Source of the DNA: Eledone cirrhosa
Lineage: Eukaryota
DNA: 64,000 nucleotides
Assembly (NCBI GenBank): GCA_964016885.1
Contig: OZ024742.1
Location: forward strand, 144,646,001 to 144,710,000
Direction: 5' to 3'
Numbering within the stretch: the stretch's first letter is position 1; every line of letters starts with the position of its first letter. Below are positions 11,956-22,787 of this stretch, in pieces. Position numbers and translations under genes: made by a program. The notes beneath the pieces are model-generated. The model ran no database searches. It saw only the letters and a program-made list of their open reading frames with translations, and had not been told where the DNA came from.

Positions 11956-14900
11956 CTACAGGCGCATGATCAGAGTAGGCCCACTCACGCGGGCCATTCT
12001 CGCCACATTCACCCACCTTTCAGTAAATGTACTGGGGGGCAGCACTTCTCTCTCCACCCTCACCTTCCTTTCCAAGTGAAACTTGAAGAAGTTGATGAGG
12101 GATTGGCCGAAGAGAAAAGTGTCTGTCTTCAGTCCTTTCAACCTGGTCCACCATGCAACCTCTTTCGCTACTGCCACCAGGCAGAGGAAAATTGCCTGCC
12201 CTTCCTGACCAAAAGAAGGCGGCGGGTCAATCTTCACTATGGACTCGGACGATAGCCGGATCCGTTCTACACGCGACAATAGCTGTTCGACATAACCCCA
12301 CAAGTCAGCAATGCACGGACACTGGACGAGTGCGTGCAGAACGGTTTCGTCGCTCTGCGCGCATCTCGGGCAGGTTCGTCTGACAGCACTTCCGTGCCTG
12401 TAGAGTTTATCCCGAACCGGCAGCGCCCCCCGGTAGCACTGCCAAGCGAGGGATTTCTGGAAGTTATCCATCGTCCCCGGCTCGAAAGTCCTCCGGAACA
12501 TACTGGTCAGTTCTACTTCGTTGACGCCCAGAGCCTCTCCTAGTACGTCATCGCACTTGCCCTCCACTAATCCTCTATAGAAATCTTGAGTGGAAGTTCC
12601 ACTGACCGCATTGCCCACCTTGCAGAGTGCAGTGAGCGCCTGGCAACATTCCAGATGCCAGTCGCCCAGTCTCGGTCTCTTCTTGACCCAGGACTGCAGC
12701 TCAGTCAAAGAGATGAGCTGCGGAAAGGCCCGTCTAACAAACGGCGACCACACCTGTTCACCGTTTAGGCAAAATATCTGGAGATGTCGCAGCCTCAGCG
12801 CATGTCTGCGCATCATTAGCCACGGCATGCCCAGCCCTCCACGAAGAGGGTGCTGGCAGCAGATGGACCGCCTCACCAACGGGACCCGTCCCCTCCACAA
12901 AAATTTGAAAAGGAGCCGTTCCAAATTGGCGAGGCGTGGACGGGGGCAAGGCACGACGGTCAGGCGGTAGTAGATGACGGACGCGATGTACGCGTTCGCC
13001 ACCTCCGCCCGCCCTTTCAGTGATAGCTTTCTCTCAGCCCATTTCTGGGTGAGGTTGGCTATCCTGCTCGTCACCTCGTCCCAATTCTTATCCACCTGGA
13101 GGTCTGGTCCGAACCAAACCCCGAGCAACTTTACCGGTCCGTCTGTCCAGCGCCCAACGACGCTGTTGGACGGCATGGACTTGCCTCTCCAGGTGCCGAG
13201 CTGCAAGCCCACCGACTTTTCCGGGTTAAGTTTTGCTCCCGTCAACCTTTCATATTCCTCCAAATGGGTGCGGATCACCTCGATTTCCGAGGTGTCCGAC
13301 ACCATCACGGTGATGTCGTCCGCATAAGCGGACGCAGCCTTTCTACGTCCCGGTTCGAGCGGGATGCCCTGCAACAACTCCAGCTTCCGCAGTAGAGGCT
13401 CAAGAGTCAATACGTACAGAAGTGAGGAGAGAGGGCACCCTTGACGGACCGATCGAGAGATCTGAAACGGTTCCGAGAGGTGGCCATTAACTTTGACCAC
13501 CGAGCGGATGCCGCTGTACATTGCAGCGATCCAGCTTCTGAAGACGGGGCCGAAGCCAGCCGCCTCGAGGACAGCCTCCAAGTACCGATGGTCGACCCTA
13601 TCGAATGCTTTCGATTGATCTAAATTGATCAGAGCCCCACCGAAGCCAGGTTTGCACCCAACCCTCTCTATGATGTATCGCATGAGGTGGAGGTTGTCGT
13701 GTATGGACCTGGTCGGGATTGCGCAAGTTTGCGCCTCCCCAACCAAATCTTTGACGACAAGCGCCAACCTTTTCGCTAACACCTTGGCCAAAATCTTAAA
13801 CTCTGTGTTGAGCAGGGTTATGGGCCTGAAATTATCTAGTGTGTCCCTCTTGTTCTCGTCTTTCCTTATCAGCGTCACTACGCCACGGCTCACAGAACTG
13901 GGAATGCTCCCGTTCTGCTGCCAGTTGCAGTAGAGCGCTTCGAGGAGATCGGAGAACAAGTCTGGCATATTTACGTAAAGCTCGTAGGGCAGACCATCCA
14001 AACCGGGTGACTTGCGACTCGAGCAGCCGACAAGGGCGTCCTGAATTTCGGCTGATGTTATCGGCTCTTCGCAGCGCTCAGCGTCGGCCGTCGAGAGGCG
14101 TGGCAAGCCGTCGAGGTAGGGACTGAAGTCCGCCGCCGTCTCCGACTCACCCATCCTCCCGAACAATCGAGCAAAGTGCTGGCGAAAGGCCTCACACATC
14201 TGCTTGGAATCGCTCAGTTCGTGTCCATCTCGATCCGTCAAAGACCGAATTGTGGTTTTATTTCCACGCTGCGTCTCTGCAAAGCGAGCCCATCGGGCAG
14301 CTTTGGTTCCCTCGTTCCTCAGAGCACGCGCCTTAGCTCTGACAATGCAACCTTCGTGTTTCGCATTGAAGAAATGGTCTAGTGCCATTCTCGCCGCTAG
14401 CACGTCTGTTGCAATGCCACTACAAATAGCCTCGTCTAACTTAGCTATCAGCCCCTCCTCCTTTCTATTTTTCTCTATTGCTACTTCTTTGCTAAATCCT
14501 ATCGAGGTTGCTCTAATCTCTCTTTTGAGTGCCCCCCACCACCTGTTGTTGACAACCCCCCCTGTCAACTTTTGCTTAACTAAGTTGTTGACCCGGTCCC
14601 TGTAAGCTTTACGTGCCGGAAACGACATGTTTAGCTTCCAGTAGCTAGGTCCTAACCTACGTGTCTTATCTAGGTCGACCATACAGATCACAAGCTTGTG
14701 ATCTGAATAGGCAACCGTTTTAAAATGTGGACATCCTACACTATTTCTATCTCTTTTCCTAATGAAAATCCTATCTATGTACGATCTAGATGACCCTATG
14801 CGATTGGTCCAGGTCCATACTGGCGCATTAGGGAAATCTAGTCGGTACCTGTCAGACAGTTGAAACTGGCTGATCAGGTACTTGAGGCTTTTGCACCCCC

Positions 14901-15375
14901 CGCTCCTATCAGATACTCCCACACAATCCCAGCGTGCTTCTAAGATGCCATTCCAATCCCCTATTAACAGTAAAGGGCGAGACGTAAGCAGAAAGTTTTC
15001 CAGGCGCCTAAAGAAGTCCGGCCGACCGGCCCCAGTAGGGGCGTAGACGGCCACCAGTCTAAAGGCACCACCTTCGCTATTGCTCACGTCCAGGACCACC
15101 AACTTTCCGTCAGGATCCCGGAAGATTGACCTTACCTCGAGATCCAGACATTTCCTAAACAGCACAGCCACTCCACCTCCCATTCCCGGCCGACTAACAG
15201 ATGCAAAGATCTGATAATCGTCGAAAATCGGCGCCAGTGCGCGTGTGTCGGAAATTCTGGTCTCGCTGATGGCAATTACATCCATTCCTAGTGACCTGAG
15301 GTCGTTGAGCAAGTGACCTTGCTTCCAGGGCGACCCCAGGCCACGAACATTTAAACTTCCTACTCTTATGGCCAT
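11956..15375 (-). CDS. LINE ORF2: APE endonuclease, reverse transcriptase and C-terminal Cys/His zinc motif (1139 aa)
   Basis: APE: LNVRGL, ISET, GDWN, IDRI, SDH. RT: KSPGLDG, FRPITLLN, DQSKAFDRV, RQGCPLS, YADD. L1/Tx1-type LSLKGR and GGLG motifs. CPRC-x8-H-x4-C near the C-terminus. Confidence 0.97.
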   Translation of the reverse strand: MAIRVGSLNVRGLGSPWKQGHLLNDLRSLGMDVIAISETRISDTRALAPIFDDYQIFASVSRPGMGGGVAVLFRKCLDLEVRSIFRDPDGKLVVLDVSNSEGGAFRLVAVYAPTGAGRPDFFRRLENFLLTSRPLLLIGDWNGILEARWDCVGVSDRSGGCKSLKYLISQFQLSDRYRLDFPNAPVWTWTNRIGSSRSYIDRIFIRKRDRNSVGCPHFKTVAYSDHKLVICMVDLDKTRRLGPSYWKLNMSFPARKAYRDRVNNLVKQKLTGGVVNNRWWGALKREIRATSIGFSKEVAIEKNRKEEGLIAKLDEAICSGIATDVLAARMALDHFFNAKHEGCIVRAKARALRNEGTKAARWARFAETQRGNKTTIRSLTDRDGHELSDSKQMCEAFRQHFARLFGRMGESETAADFSPYLDGLPRLSTADAERCEEPITSAEIQDALVGCSSRKSPGLDGLPYELYVNMPDLFSDLLEALYCNWQQNGSIPSSVSRGVVTLIRKDENKRDTLDNFRPITLLNTEFKILAKVLAKRLALVVKDLVGEAQTCAIPTRSIHDNLHLMRYIIERVGCKPGFGGALINLDQSKAFDRVDHRYLEAVLEAAGFGPVFRSWIAAMYSGIRSVVKVNGHLSEPFQISRSVRQGCPLSSLLYVLTLEPLLRKLELLQGIPLEPGRRKAASAYADDITVMVSDTSEIEVIRTHLEEYERLTGAKLNPEKSVGLQLGTWRGKSMPSNSVVGRWTDGPVKLLGVWFGPDLQVDKNWDEVTSRIANLTQKWAERKLSLKGRAEVANAYIASVIYYRLTVVPCPRPRLANLERLLFKFLWRGRVPLVRRSICCQHPLRGGLGMPWLMMRRHALRLRHLQIFCLNGEQVWSPFVRRAFPQLISLTELQSWVKKRPRLGDWHLECCQALTALCKVGNAVSGTSTQDFYRGLVEGKCDDVLGEALGVNEVELTSMFRRTFEPGTMDNFQKSLAWQCYRGALPVRDKLYRHGSAVRRTCPRCAQSDETVLHALVQCPCIADLWGYVEQLLSRVERIRLSSESIVKIDPPPSFGQEGQAIFLCLVAVAKEVAWWTRLKGLKTDTFLFGQSLINFFKFHLERKVRVEREVLPPSTFTERWVNVARMARVSGPTLIMRL

Positions 15376-15404
15376 GCTGGCAGGATGAATGGGAGAGGAA
15401 AGGT

Positions 15405-17267
15405 TTACTTACCTTCCGGGGTCTTGTGAAGGTCGGGTGGTTCGACCTCCATGGTTTGTGGGGTTTCTTTTGGGAACCCCTTTAATAGTCTTGACGTGGG
15501 TTTTACGTTCGGGGTTCCCACATCCCGAGGAAAGCTCTTTCGAATTTCTTTGTATGAAGCGAGCGACATTCGCATCAGAAGCAAATTATCTGGTACGCGA
15601 AATGTGCTCGCTTCAAATGTTTCCCCGTCTTTTTCGATGTTTGTGCTTCGTGCTACATGGGCCATCAATTCCTTGTTGGCCCTTCTGGCAAGCACGAAGT
15701 TTTTAATGTTTTGTTGCTCGGGTTTTATTTGTTCGTGTGATTGTGGTGGTGATAGCTTTGTTAGTGTTGTTTCTATTGTGTCTGCGTTTGTTGTGGGTGG
15801 GGTGTCTGTAGTTTCTGATGTTTGTGTGTCTATTTGTTCTTGTGTCTGTTTAGCTTGTTTGCGTTTGGGGGATTTTGGTGGTTGTGTTGGTGATGCTGTG
15901 GGGAAAATGTTTGTGTGGGTGGTGTGTGTATTTTTTTTTGTGGGGGTGTTTGTGCTTTGTGGATTTCTTTTTTTTTTGTGTTTTGTTTTTTGTATTTTGG
16001 GGGACTTTGGTTTTCCCTCATCTTCACTGCTGGAGGATGAGGGGTCTGTGGCTGTGAGCGTGTTTGTGTCTGAGTGAGTGTTTATGTTCTTGTTCGTGTG
16101 TGTATTTTGGGGGGGAGGGGGAATGGGAGAGCTTTCCTCGTTTCCCCCCTGGGTGTGCAATTTTGGTGGTTCCATTGTTGACGGTGTTGCTGGTGGTCCT
16201 TGTCCCGGCGTCGCCAGCAGTGGAATCTTTCGACCCCTTGCGCTTTTCGGCAGTTGAGGGCAGAAGGCTCGCAAGTGTGTCGTTTCCCCACAAAGGAAAC
16301 AATGCGGCCTTTTGCCCTCAGTCATTATATGCAACACCCTCCCGTTTTGGAGGCGGATGTGGTCCGGGATTGTTTTTACGTTTTCGGGTCTGATTTGGAG
16401 CAGTATCTCCAGATCAACCCCGGACCAGTCGTCCCTGGCAGTTCTCGTTGCCTCTACCGGGACTGTATCCGTTCCTTCCACGATTACGCAACCCAGGAGC
16501 CACCACATATCAAGTCCTGGTGGAATCCTGGGAATGCGCACACGTGCTATTCGTTTTCCCATGTGGGAGGGGTACATTATGACCTTGCTGGTTTTGCAAG
16601 GGGTCATTGAATGCTTCACAGCGAGGGCTTCAGACTTGAACAGCACCGAAACGGTGCCGTATTGCCTGCCCCTCTCTATGAAGTCTGTGTCCTCTCTGAT
16701 GTGTTTCAGTGCGGCTTCTATGTCAGCTTGGGCGATTATCGCTGCCCTCTTTGTCTCTACTGAGATGCATCTGAAATGCACCGTTCTTTTTTCCACTGCC
16801 TCAATGGCTTCTGCCGGGACAGTTAAGTTTGCCCAGGTCTGCTCTTGATTTATGATTTTCCAGGCCTGGGCCAACTTTTCCTCTCTGTTGGTTAAGTCGA
16901 TGCTGTAGCATGGTCTCCTTTTAGCCGCTGCCACAGCAGCGAAAGTGTTCTTGTTGGTGTTGTCACTGTTGTTGTTCTTGTTGGTGTTGCTGCTGCTATT
17001 GCTGTTGTTGTTCTCCCCTGTGTCGTGGTTACCTTCTGTGCTGTTGGCCTTGTTGGTGCTCTCGCTATTACCACCTTCTGCGCTGTTCGGCTTGTTGGTG
17101 TTGGTGTTGTCGCTGTTACCACCTTCCGCGCCGCTCGGCCCGTTGGTGCTGGCACTGTCGCTGCTCACATTCGTGCTGGTGGCGCTCCTCGCCTCACCTC
17201 TCCTCTCAACGCTCAAGTCGCCGTTGCACGACAGCAGACCCGCCTCTAGGGGGCGTGGCTCCGCCAT
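15405..17267 (-). CDS. LINE ORF1 (gag-like nucleic-acid-binding protein, 620 aa from the first ATG, MAEPRP)
   Basis: ATG in aaacATGG context at 17267 (the ORF track extends to an upstream TTG). TFAAVAA motif, single zinc knuckle CFLCGETTHLRAFC (C-x2-C-x4-H-x4-C), low-complexity N/S-rich and T/P/K-rich flanks. Confidence 0.92.
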   Translation of the reverse strand: MAEPRPLEAGLLSCNGDLSVERRGEARSATSTNVSSDSASTNGPSGAEGGNSDNTNTNKPNSAEGGNSESTNKANSTEGNHDTGENNNSNSSSNTNKNNNSDNTNKNTFAAVAAAKRRPCYSIDLTNREEKLAQAWKIINQEQTWANLTVPAEAIEAVEKRTVHFRCISVETKRAAIIAQADIEAALKHIREDTDFIERGRQYGTVSVLFKSEALAVKHSMTPCKTSKVIMYPSHMGKRIARVRIPRIPPGLDMWWLLGCVIVEGTDTVPVEATRTARDDWSGVDLEILLQIRPENVKTIPDHIRLQNGRVLHIMTEGKRPHCFLCGETTHLRAFCPQLPKSARGRKIPLLATPGQGPPATPSTMEPPKLHTQGGNEESSPIPPPPQNTHTNKNINTHSDTNTLTATDPSSSSSEDEGKPKSPKIQKTKHKKKRNPQSTNTPTKKNTHTTHTNIFPTASPTQPPKSPKRKQAKQTQEQIDTQTSETTDTPPTTNADTIETTLTKLSPPQSHEQIKPEQQNIKNFVLARRANKELMAHVARSTNIEKDGETFEASTFRVPDNLLLMRMSLASYKEIRKSFPRDVGTPNVKPTSRLLKGFPKETPQTMEVEPPDLHKTPEGK

Positions 17268-17507
17268 GTTTTTTTTGAGAAAAAAATTATTATTTTTTTC
17301 AAAATAAAGTTCAAATATTTGGGCCAAAAGGCCCAAATATTATGAGTTATTCCTTCACAGGATACAAATTAATGTCTTATAATGCTTCAGCGGTACAAAA
17401 AATAAACAATTCTCTACAATTAATCCTCAAAAATTGCTTACTCACGGAGCTTCAAAAAACGTACATCCACTTTCGTCAATAATAATAATAATAATAATAA
17501 TAATAAT

Positions 17508-17720
17508 TTCTACTTTAGGCAGAAGGCCAGCAATTTTGAAGTGGAGGGGAAAGTCAATTAAATCGACCCCAGTGCATTACTGGTGCTTCATTCTATCGAC
17601 CTCATAAGGATGAAAGGCAAAGCTAACCTCGGTGGGATTTGAAATCAGAACGTAAAGGGACGTAACTATGCTGGAAAGCATGGCGTCCGACCCTCTACCG
17701 ATACTGCCAATCCACCGCCC
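17508..17720 (-). mobile_element. tRNA-derived SINE (dominant family in this window)
   Basis: A-box-like TGGCAGTATCGG, B-box-like TTCAAATCC, central GCCTTTCATCCTTA.G.GGTCGATA, tail GCCTAAAGTAGAA(ATT)n. More than 10 related copies in the window. Confidence 0.9.
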
Positions 17721-17738
17721 AATAATTAAAATAATAAT

Positions 17739-18600
17739 GGTCTTTTTTATTAGCCACACAGGGCTGACATTGAGAAAGGATGAAAATGATGGTAACAAAA
17801 AATACGTAAAATTAATCAAACAAAAGAAATTTCCTCAATAAAGAGGAGTCTTTCGAGGGTCCATCGTAGAGAGAGAGCCTACAAAATGCTATTGTCATCC
17901 TAACCGCTAGGGAAAGTGCCACCTCCCAGTTGTCCTCCTCTTATCTACAAGTTCATACTCATAGCAGGCTCGTTCCCTTGAAACATGTATGCCATACATT
18001 CCCCCTCTCGACACTGATTTTCCTCTATAAATGAAGCCTAAAAAAACGAAGAGAAAAGTGCTTGTGCTCAACCCTTTCAAGCACATCCATGGCTACCGGG
18101 TAGATAAAAACAGTCTTCCATTCCTAGCTAAAGGAAGGCGACTGGGTGATCTTCACAATGAAATCAGAAAGGATCTCAGAGCAGCGATCACGTCTACTTA
18201 TGAAGTGGATTTGGAGCCTAGATGGTTCTGATATTGGTCGGAGGTTTTCAGTGCATCAGACGGAGAGCGGTTAAGGCATCGGATGTGGGTCAGAGGACCA
18301 TGTCAGACATTTCAAATTAATGCAGTCATGGAGACATCTTGTATCTTTCATTGGAAACTAGGTACTAAGTGTCAGTGCATGTGGAAAGTTGGAGAGATCT
18401 GAAAGGCTTGTTGAAAGAGGCTGGCAAAGGGAAGCAATATTACTACTATGCATCGATGCAAGAGAAGAGATCAAATCCTTCTTAAACACTGGAATCTCGA
18501 GTGCAAATGTATCAAAACAGACGAAATGGCGCCAATCTTCCTGACTGTTAGAGTTAAGCGTCTGCTTCTCATAAAGACCTATTCTTACCGACAAGTGTAT
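17739..18600 (-). mobile_element. Old 3' fragment of a LINE related to the intact Tx1-like element
   Basis: Translates VKITQSPSFS*EWKTVFIYPVA versus ORF2 VKIDPPPSFGQEGQAIFLCLVA. 3' end GTCAGCCCTGTGTGGCTAATAAA matches the intact 3' end. Confidence 0.75.
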
Positions 18601-18698
18601 GTGTATGTCTCAGAATGATATCCCTCCTTCTCTATCCCCCCCCCACTCTCTCTCTTACAAACACATTCTCCCTCCCCTTTCTCTCTAAGTGACTAAAC

Positions 18699-18989
18699 CA
18701 GGCATGGGCAACCTTTTTCAAGAAGCGGGCCGTATGCGATATGGTTCATCATCAGGCGGGCCGCAAGCGCTAATTTACATTCGTGCACACATTTAAAAAA
18801 AGGGCGGTAACTCAGGTTGTTTTGATTTGTTTCTTCAGAATTCGTACACGTTGTTTTCCTCGATCGTAAAAATGATAGAAATATAAATTACGACTGAAAA
18901 GTAGGGGTAAAAAAATCAGAAAGATTTCACTTAGGTCACTTAGGTGAGCCATTCAGAAACCTTCGCGGGCCGCAGGTTGCCCACGACTG
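18699..18989. mobile_element. hAT (Charlie-like) MITE
   Basis: TIRs CAGGCATGGGCAACCT / AGGTTGCCCACGACTG, subterminal GCGGGCCG motifs, perfect 8-bp TSD GACTAAAC (18691-98, 18990-97). Confidence 0.9.
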
Positions 18990-20369
18990 GACTAAACTAT
19001 CCACTTCCATTCAACATTTCTAGTATAGTTTAAGAAATCTAGTCATAAGTAAGTTGTATTTCAGCATCTTATATAAACATGTTTATTGCTTATTTCATTT
19101 TAGTAGTTCTATAAATCTTCAGATCTAAATGTGATAGTTCCACTTACAATGTGCCAAGGCAATGAGAGACTTTCTACAGAGTCTCTAAAAATAGTAGCCG
19201 AATCCCTCTTTAATCAAACCTTATTCTTGAAATTAGAATGACCTGCTGAATAATATAGTCCCGTACCCACCCCGAATGTAAAATAAAAGACAGGATAATT
19301 CTGAAGTGAATATCTTCAACTACAATTTTACTCAATCAGATCTATCCTGGGCTTAACGGCAAGAACAACATTAACAGGAAAATTCATTTTAAGAGGGGTG
19401 TATCTTAGAATTAGCAGTGTTGCGGAGAAAATACTTCGCGATATTTAGTTAAGTCTTTTAGGTTTTAAATTCATCAAAATCTGCCAGATTCGAATAGCAA
19501 GCTGATAGGCAGAAATGATCGGTTAGTGGATAGCGTAAACGCTAAAATGAGACTCTTTAAGACCTTCCTAAAAAGACTTTAGCATTAATTCAAAATCCAA
19601 GAAAGATCACTGTTGCTGAAAGATATATCTGTCGAAATCTCATAAAGACAAAAGTCATAGTGTCGCAGCAAACTAAAAGCGCACGAGCTGAATAGAAGTG
19701 GTAGAAGAGAAAGCCTAGAGCCACTAATGTATAGGCAATGAAAAGATTTGACAATCACTTCTGGAAATATCCATGGACGAATGAGGACTGCAAATGTCAA
19801 AAATTAAGATTTTTTGGGTGATAAAATCGATAAATCGACAGGAAATATATAACGTCTTTGTATATTCTGAGTTCATCAAACCCCCCTAGGTTAGAATTGT
19901 CCTTTGATAGTCAAGTGTTAATTCAATTAATTCTTCCCTCCTTTTAAAATGTGTAGCTTTCAGCCAATGTCAGAGATTAATATTTTGTTCCATCCCTAGC
20001 TTTTCTGCCACCCCTTGTTTCTTGACTCGAAGCATTCTCTATATGTTTCTCTCTTTAACATTCTGTTCCTGGAAGCTAATAATAAATCTCTTGCACTGCT
20101 ACACATTTCCTCTCTTGTACCTTTTCTCTCTCTCACTTTTAGTATTTATTTCCAATCTTTCTATGATTGTTGTTCTCTATCTCGCATCCCCACTTTCAAT
20201 TTTCCTTTCTTTAATTCAATGTAACAATATATGAACAGTCTTATATTAAATATGCTTTTATTGAATTAATTAATTCATATATTCTGCAGCCTGTTACGTG
20301 ATTTCTTCCATTCTATGCATTTCTTATTTCTAAGAATGTATGTTTTCTTAATATATCTGCCTGTCACCC

Positions 20370-20750
20370 TCTTATCTCTCTCTCCCTTTCACTCTCTACC
20401 TAACTCTCGCTCTCTGTCTTTCACTCTCTGCCTAACTCTCACTCTCTCTCTCCCTTTCTCTGTCTTTCACTCTCTGTCTAACTCTCGCTCTCTCTCTCTC
20501 CCTTTCTCTGTCTTTCACTCTCTGTCTAACTCTCGCTCTCTCTCTCTCTCTCTCTCTCCCTTTCTCTGTCTTTCACTCTCTGTCTAACTCTCGCTCTCTC
20601 TCTCTCTCCCTTTCTCTGTCTTTCACTCTCTGTCTAACTCTCGCTCTCTCTCTCTCTCTCCCTTTCTCTGTCTTTCACTCTCTGTCTAACTCTCGCTCTC
20701 TCTCTCTCTCCCTTTCTCTGTCTTTCACTTTCTGCCTAACTCTCGCTCTC
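20370..20750. repeat. Pyrimidine-rich minisatellite, about 50-60 bp unit, about 7 copies
   Basis: Repeated TCTCTGTCTTTCACTCTCTGTCTAACTCTCGC(TC)nCCTT. Confidence 0.9.
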
Positions 20751-21735
20751 CCTCTCTCACTGTTCCAAACGTTTTCTCCCTTCACCTCTATTCCAATTCC
20801 TTTTTTCCACTTACTTTTGCAAATCTCCCCTCCTCGCCCCCCCCCCTCTCTTTATGTATACCATTATTGTGTTCACGAGTTTATCTGTCACCCTTCACTC
20901 TTATATACTGTGCAAACTATTGTTTCAGCTCATGTTTGTCTGATCTATTCACTCACTTAAACTATTCATCCCCACTCTCTCACCCACACTTTCACTCACT
21001 GTGTCACTATGTCTGGCTCCCATTCCGTCATCTGTATTCATCTCTCTGTCTACCTGCCTGTATGTGCCATCCTCCCCCCCCCCTTCATGTTTATTCTCTT
21101 ATAGTTTCTACCGATTCCCCGTCTCTACCACATATATTAAACAAAAACATGTGCACTTATATACACACACATTACCCCCCTCTCTCATTCCTACACAATA
21201 TACTCCTCTTTATCACATTATAACCCACATTTTTTTTTATCACATCGTCTCGAAAATCACTGCCAAGTAATTTTCTTGCATTCTGTTTGTGACGTTTCTT
21301 ATTATTGCGTATGCACAACATTACACACATATACAATTACACCGACCCATGTCCACAAATGATCAATGCGTTCATAAAACACAAATCCTACACACAATAT
21401 TACTTTTCCAGAGACATGTAAGATACTAGAAGCTGTATCCGGCCTTGCCTAGATTTATTTATACCTAAAATAAATATAACCAAATGAATTCACTATATTT
21501 TAGATCGATTGATTCAAAAGGATGCTGATAATATCCAGTTGTTCCAGGAACGTTGACCGACTTCGAATTTTTGCAATGAAGCATTTCTATTTTTTTTTTA
21601 AAGTATCAGAAAAAGACACATAACACACGACCTTCTCATTGAAAAGATGTGCTCCAATGCAAAACATACAGTACCTAGATATAAAACTAACTGCCACCAA
21701 CAATTTGGAACAGACGTGCATACATGCATACATAC

Positions 21736-22592
21736 ATGAGGATGATGGCTGCCCCCTCGTTATCGAGTATGGCCATTGCACGATATAACATTATCAATAA
21801 TTATTAATTAATGCTATGGTGCAATGCCTGTGCGTGAAGATATTTTTTAAAGTGAGGAAACACTGTGCACTGAGCCAATCCCACTCTCTGAGAGACAGTA
21901 GCTATAACTCGAAAAGAAGTAAAGATCAACATCATCGGTAATTACTGAGTCGCAGATTTTATGTCGGAGTTATCCCAGTTTCCTGAGTTGCCTTCTACAT
22001 ATATACATACATGATGATGGCTGCCTCCTCGTTATCGAGTATGGCCATTGCATGATATACCATTATTAATAATTATTAATTAATTCTATCGTGCAATGCC
22101 TGTGCGTGAAGATATTTTTTAAAGTGAGGAAAAACTGTGCACTGAGCCAATCCCACTCTCTGTAGCTATAACTCGAAAAGAAGAAAAGATCAACATCATC
22201 GGTAATTACTGAGGCGCAGGTTTTATATCGGAGTTATCCCAGTTTCCTGAGTTGCATTCTCCTCGAAGAATGCCCTGACAAAACCTAGGAGTCCTTCACG
22301 CCCAGTGGTTTTACCGCGCGATCGAGTGTCCAGCACGACTATTTCTATGTCCTCGCGCATATACATATGTACATGTGTATATACATATTTACACACTTTT
22401 GGATGGCCGTTGACTCTTGTGAGTTCTTCCGCCCTTTGTCAGGTTTTGTTTTTTGTCCTGCAGGGTGTCCAAAATCACCCCCCTCATCAAGTAAACTTGG
22501 TGGCGTTGCCGGTTTAGTCGCCGACGACCCGACCATGCGACAGGTTGTACTGGGTTACATGTTACCAGTAGCACTCAAGAGTGACCCGTCAT
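21736..22592 (-). mobile_element. Non-autonomous RTE-tailed retroelement (22011-22592) with tandem duplication of its 3' part (21736-21995)
   Basis: 3' tail GCAATGGCCATACTCGATAACGAG....CAGCCATCAT resembles the RTE 3' end at 53041-53078. The 5' 200 bp recurs at 57612-57807. Lies in (ATAC)n. Confidence 0.7.
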
Positions 22593-22787
22593 ACATATAG
22601 ATACATATATACATACATACATACATACATAAATACATACATACATACATACATACATACATACATACATACATACATACATACATACATTAATATACTG
22701 GACGCTGTGACCCCGGATGGACGAGCAGTACGGTTGGTAGGGTTCGAAACTGCCAAAGTCCATTCCACAAACATATATATGTATATA

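Larger units (their letters stand above)
11703..17477 (-). mobile_element. Full-length Tx1/L1-clade non-LTR retrotransposon (about 5.8 kb), apparently intact
   Basis: About 210-nt 5' UTR, ORF1, 29-nt spacer, ORF2, about 250-nt 3' UTR with AATAAA (11710-15). (AAT)n on both flanks (11688-11702, 17478-17507). Much more GC-rich than the flanks, no stops or frameshifts. Confidence 0.95.

Noticed and set aside
12153-17307. Many plus-strand ORFs antisense to the LINE
   Set aside because: Shadow ORFs expected from GC-rich, strand-biased coding sequence.
20370-20750. Regular repeat array resembling CRISPR spacing
   Set aside because: No unique spacers and no cas genes. Eukaryotic pyrimidine minisatellite.
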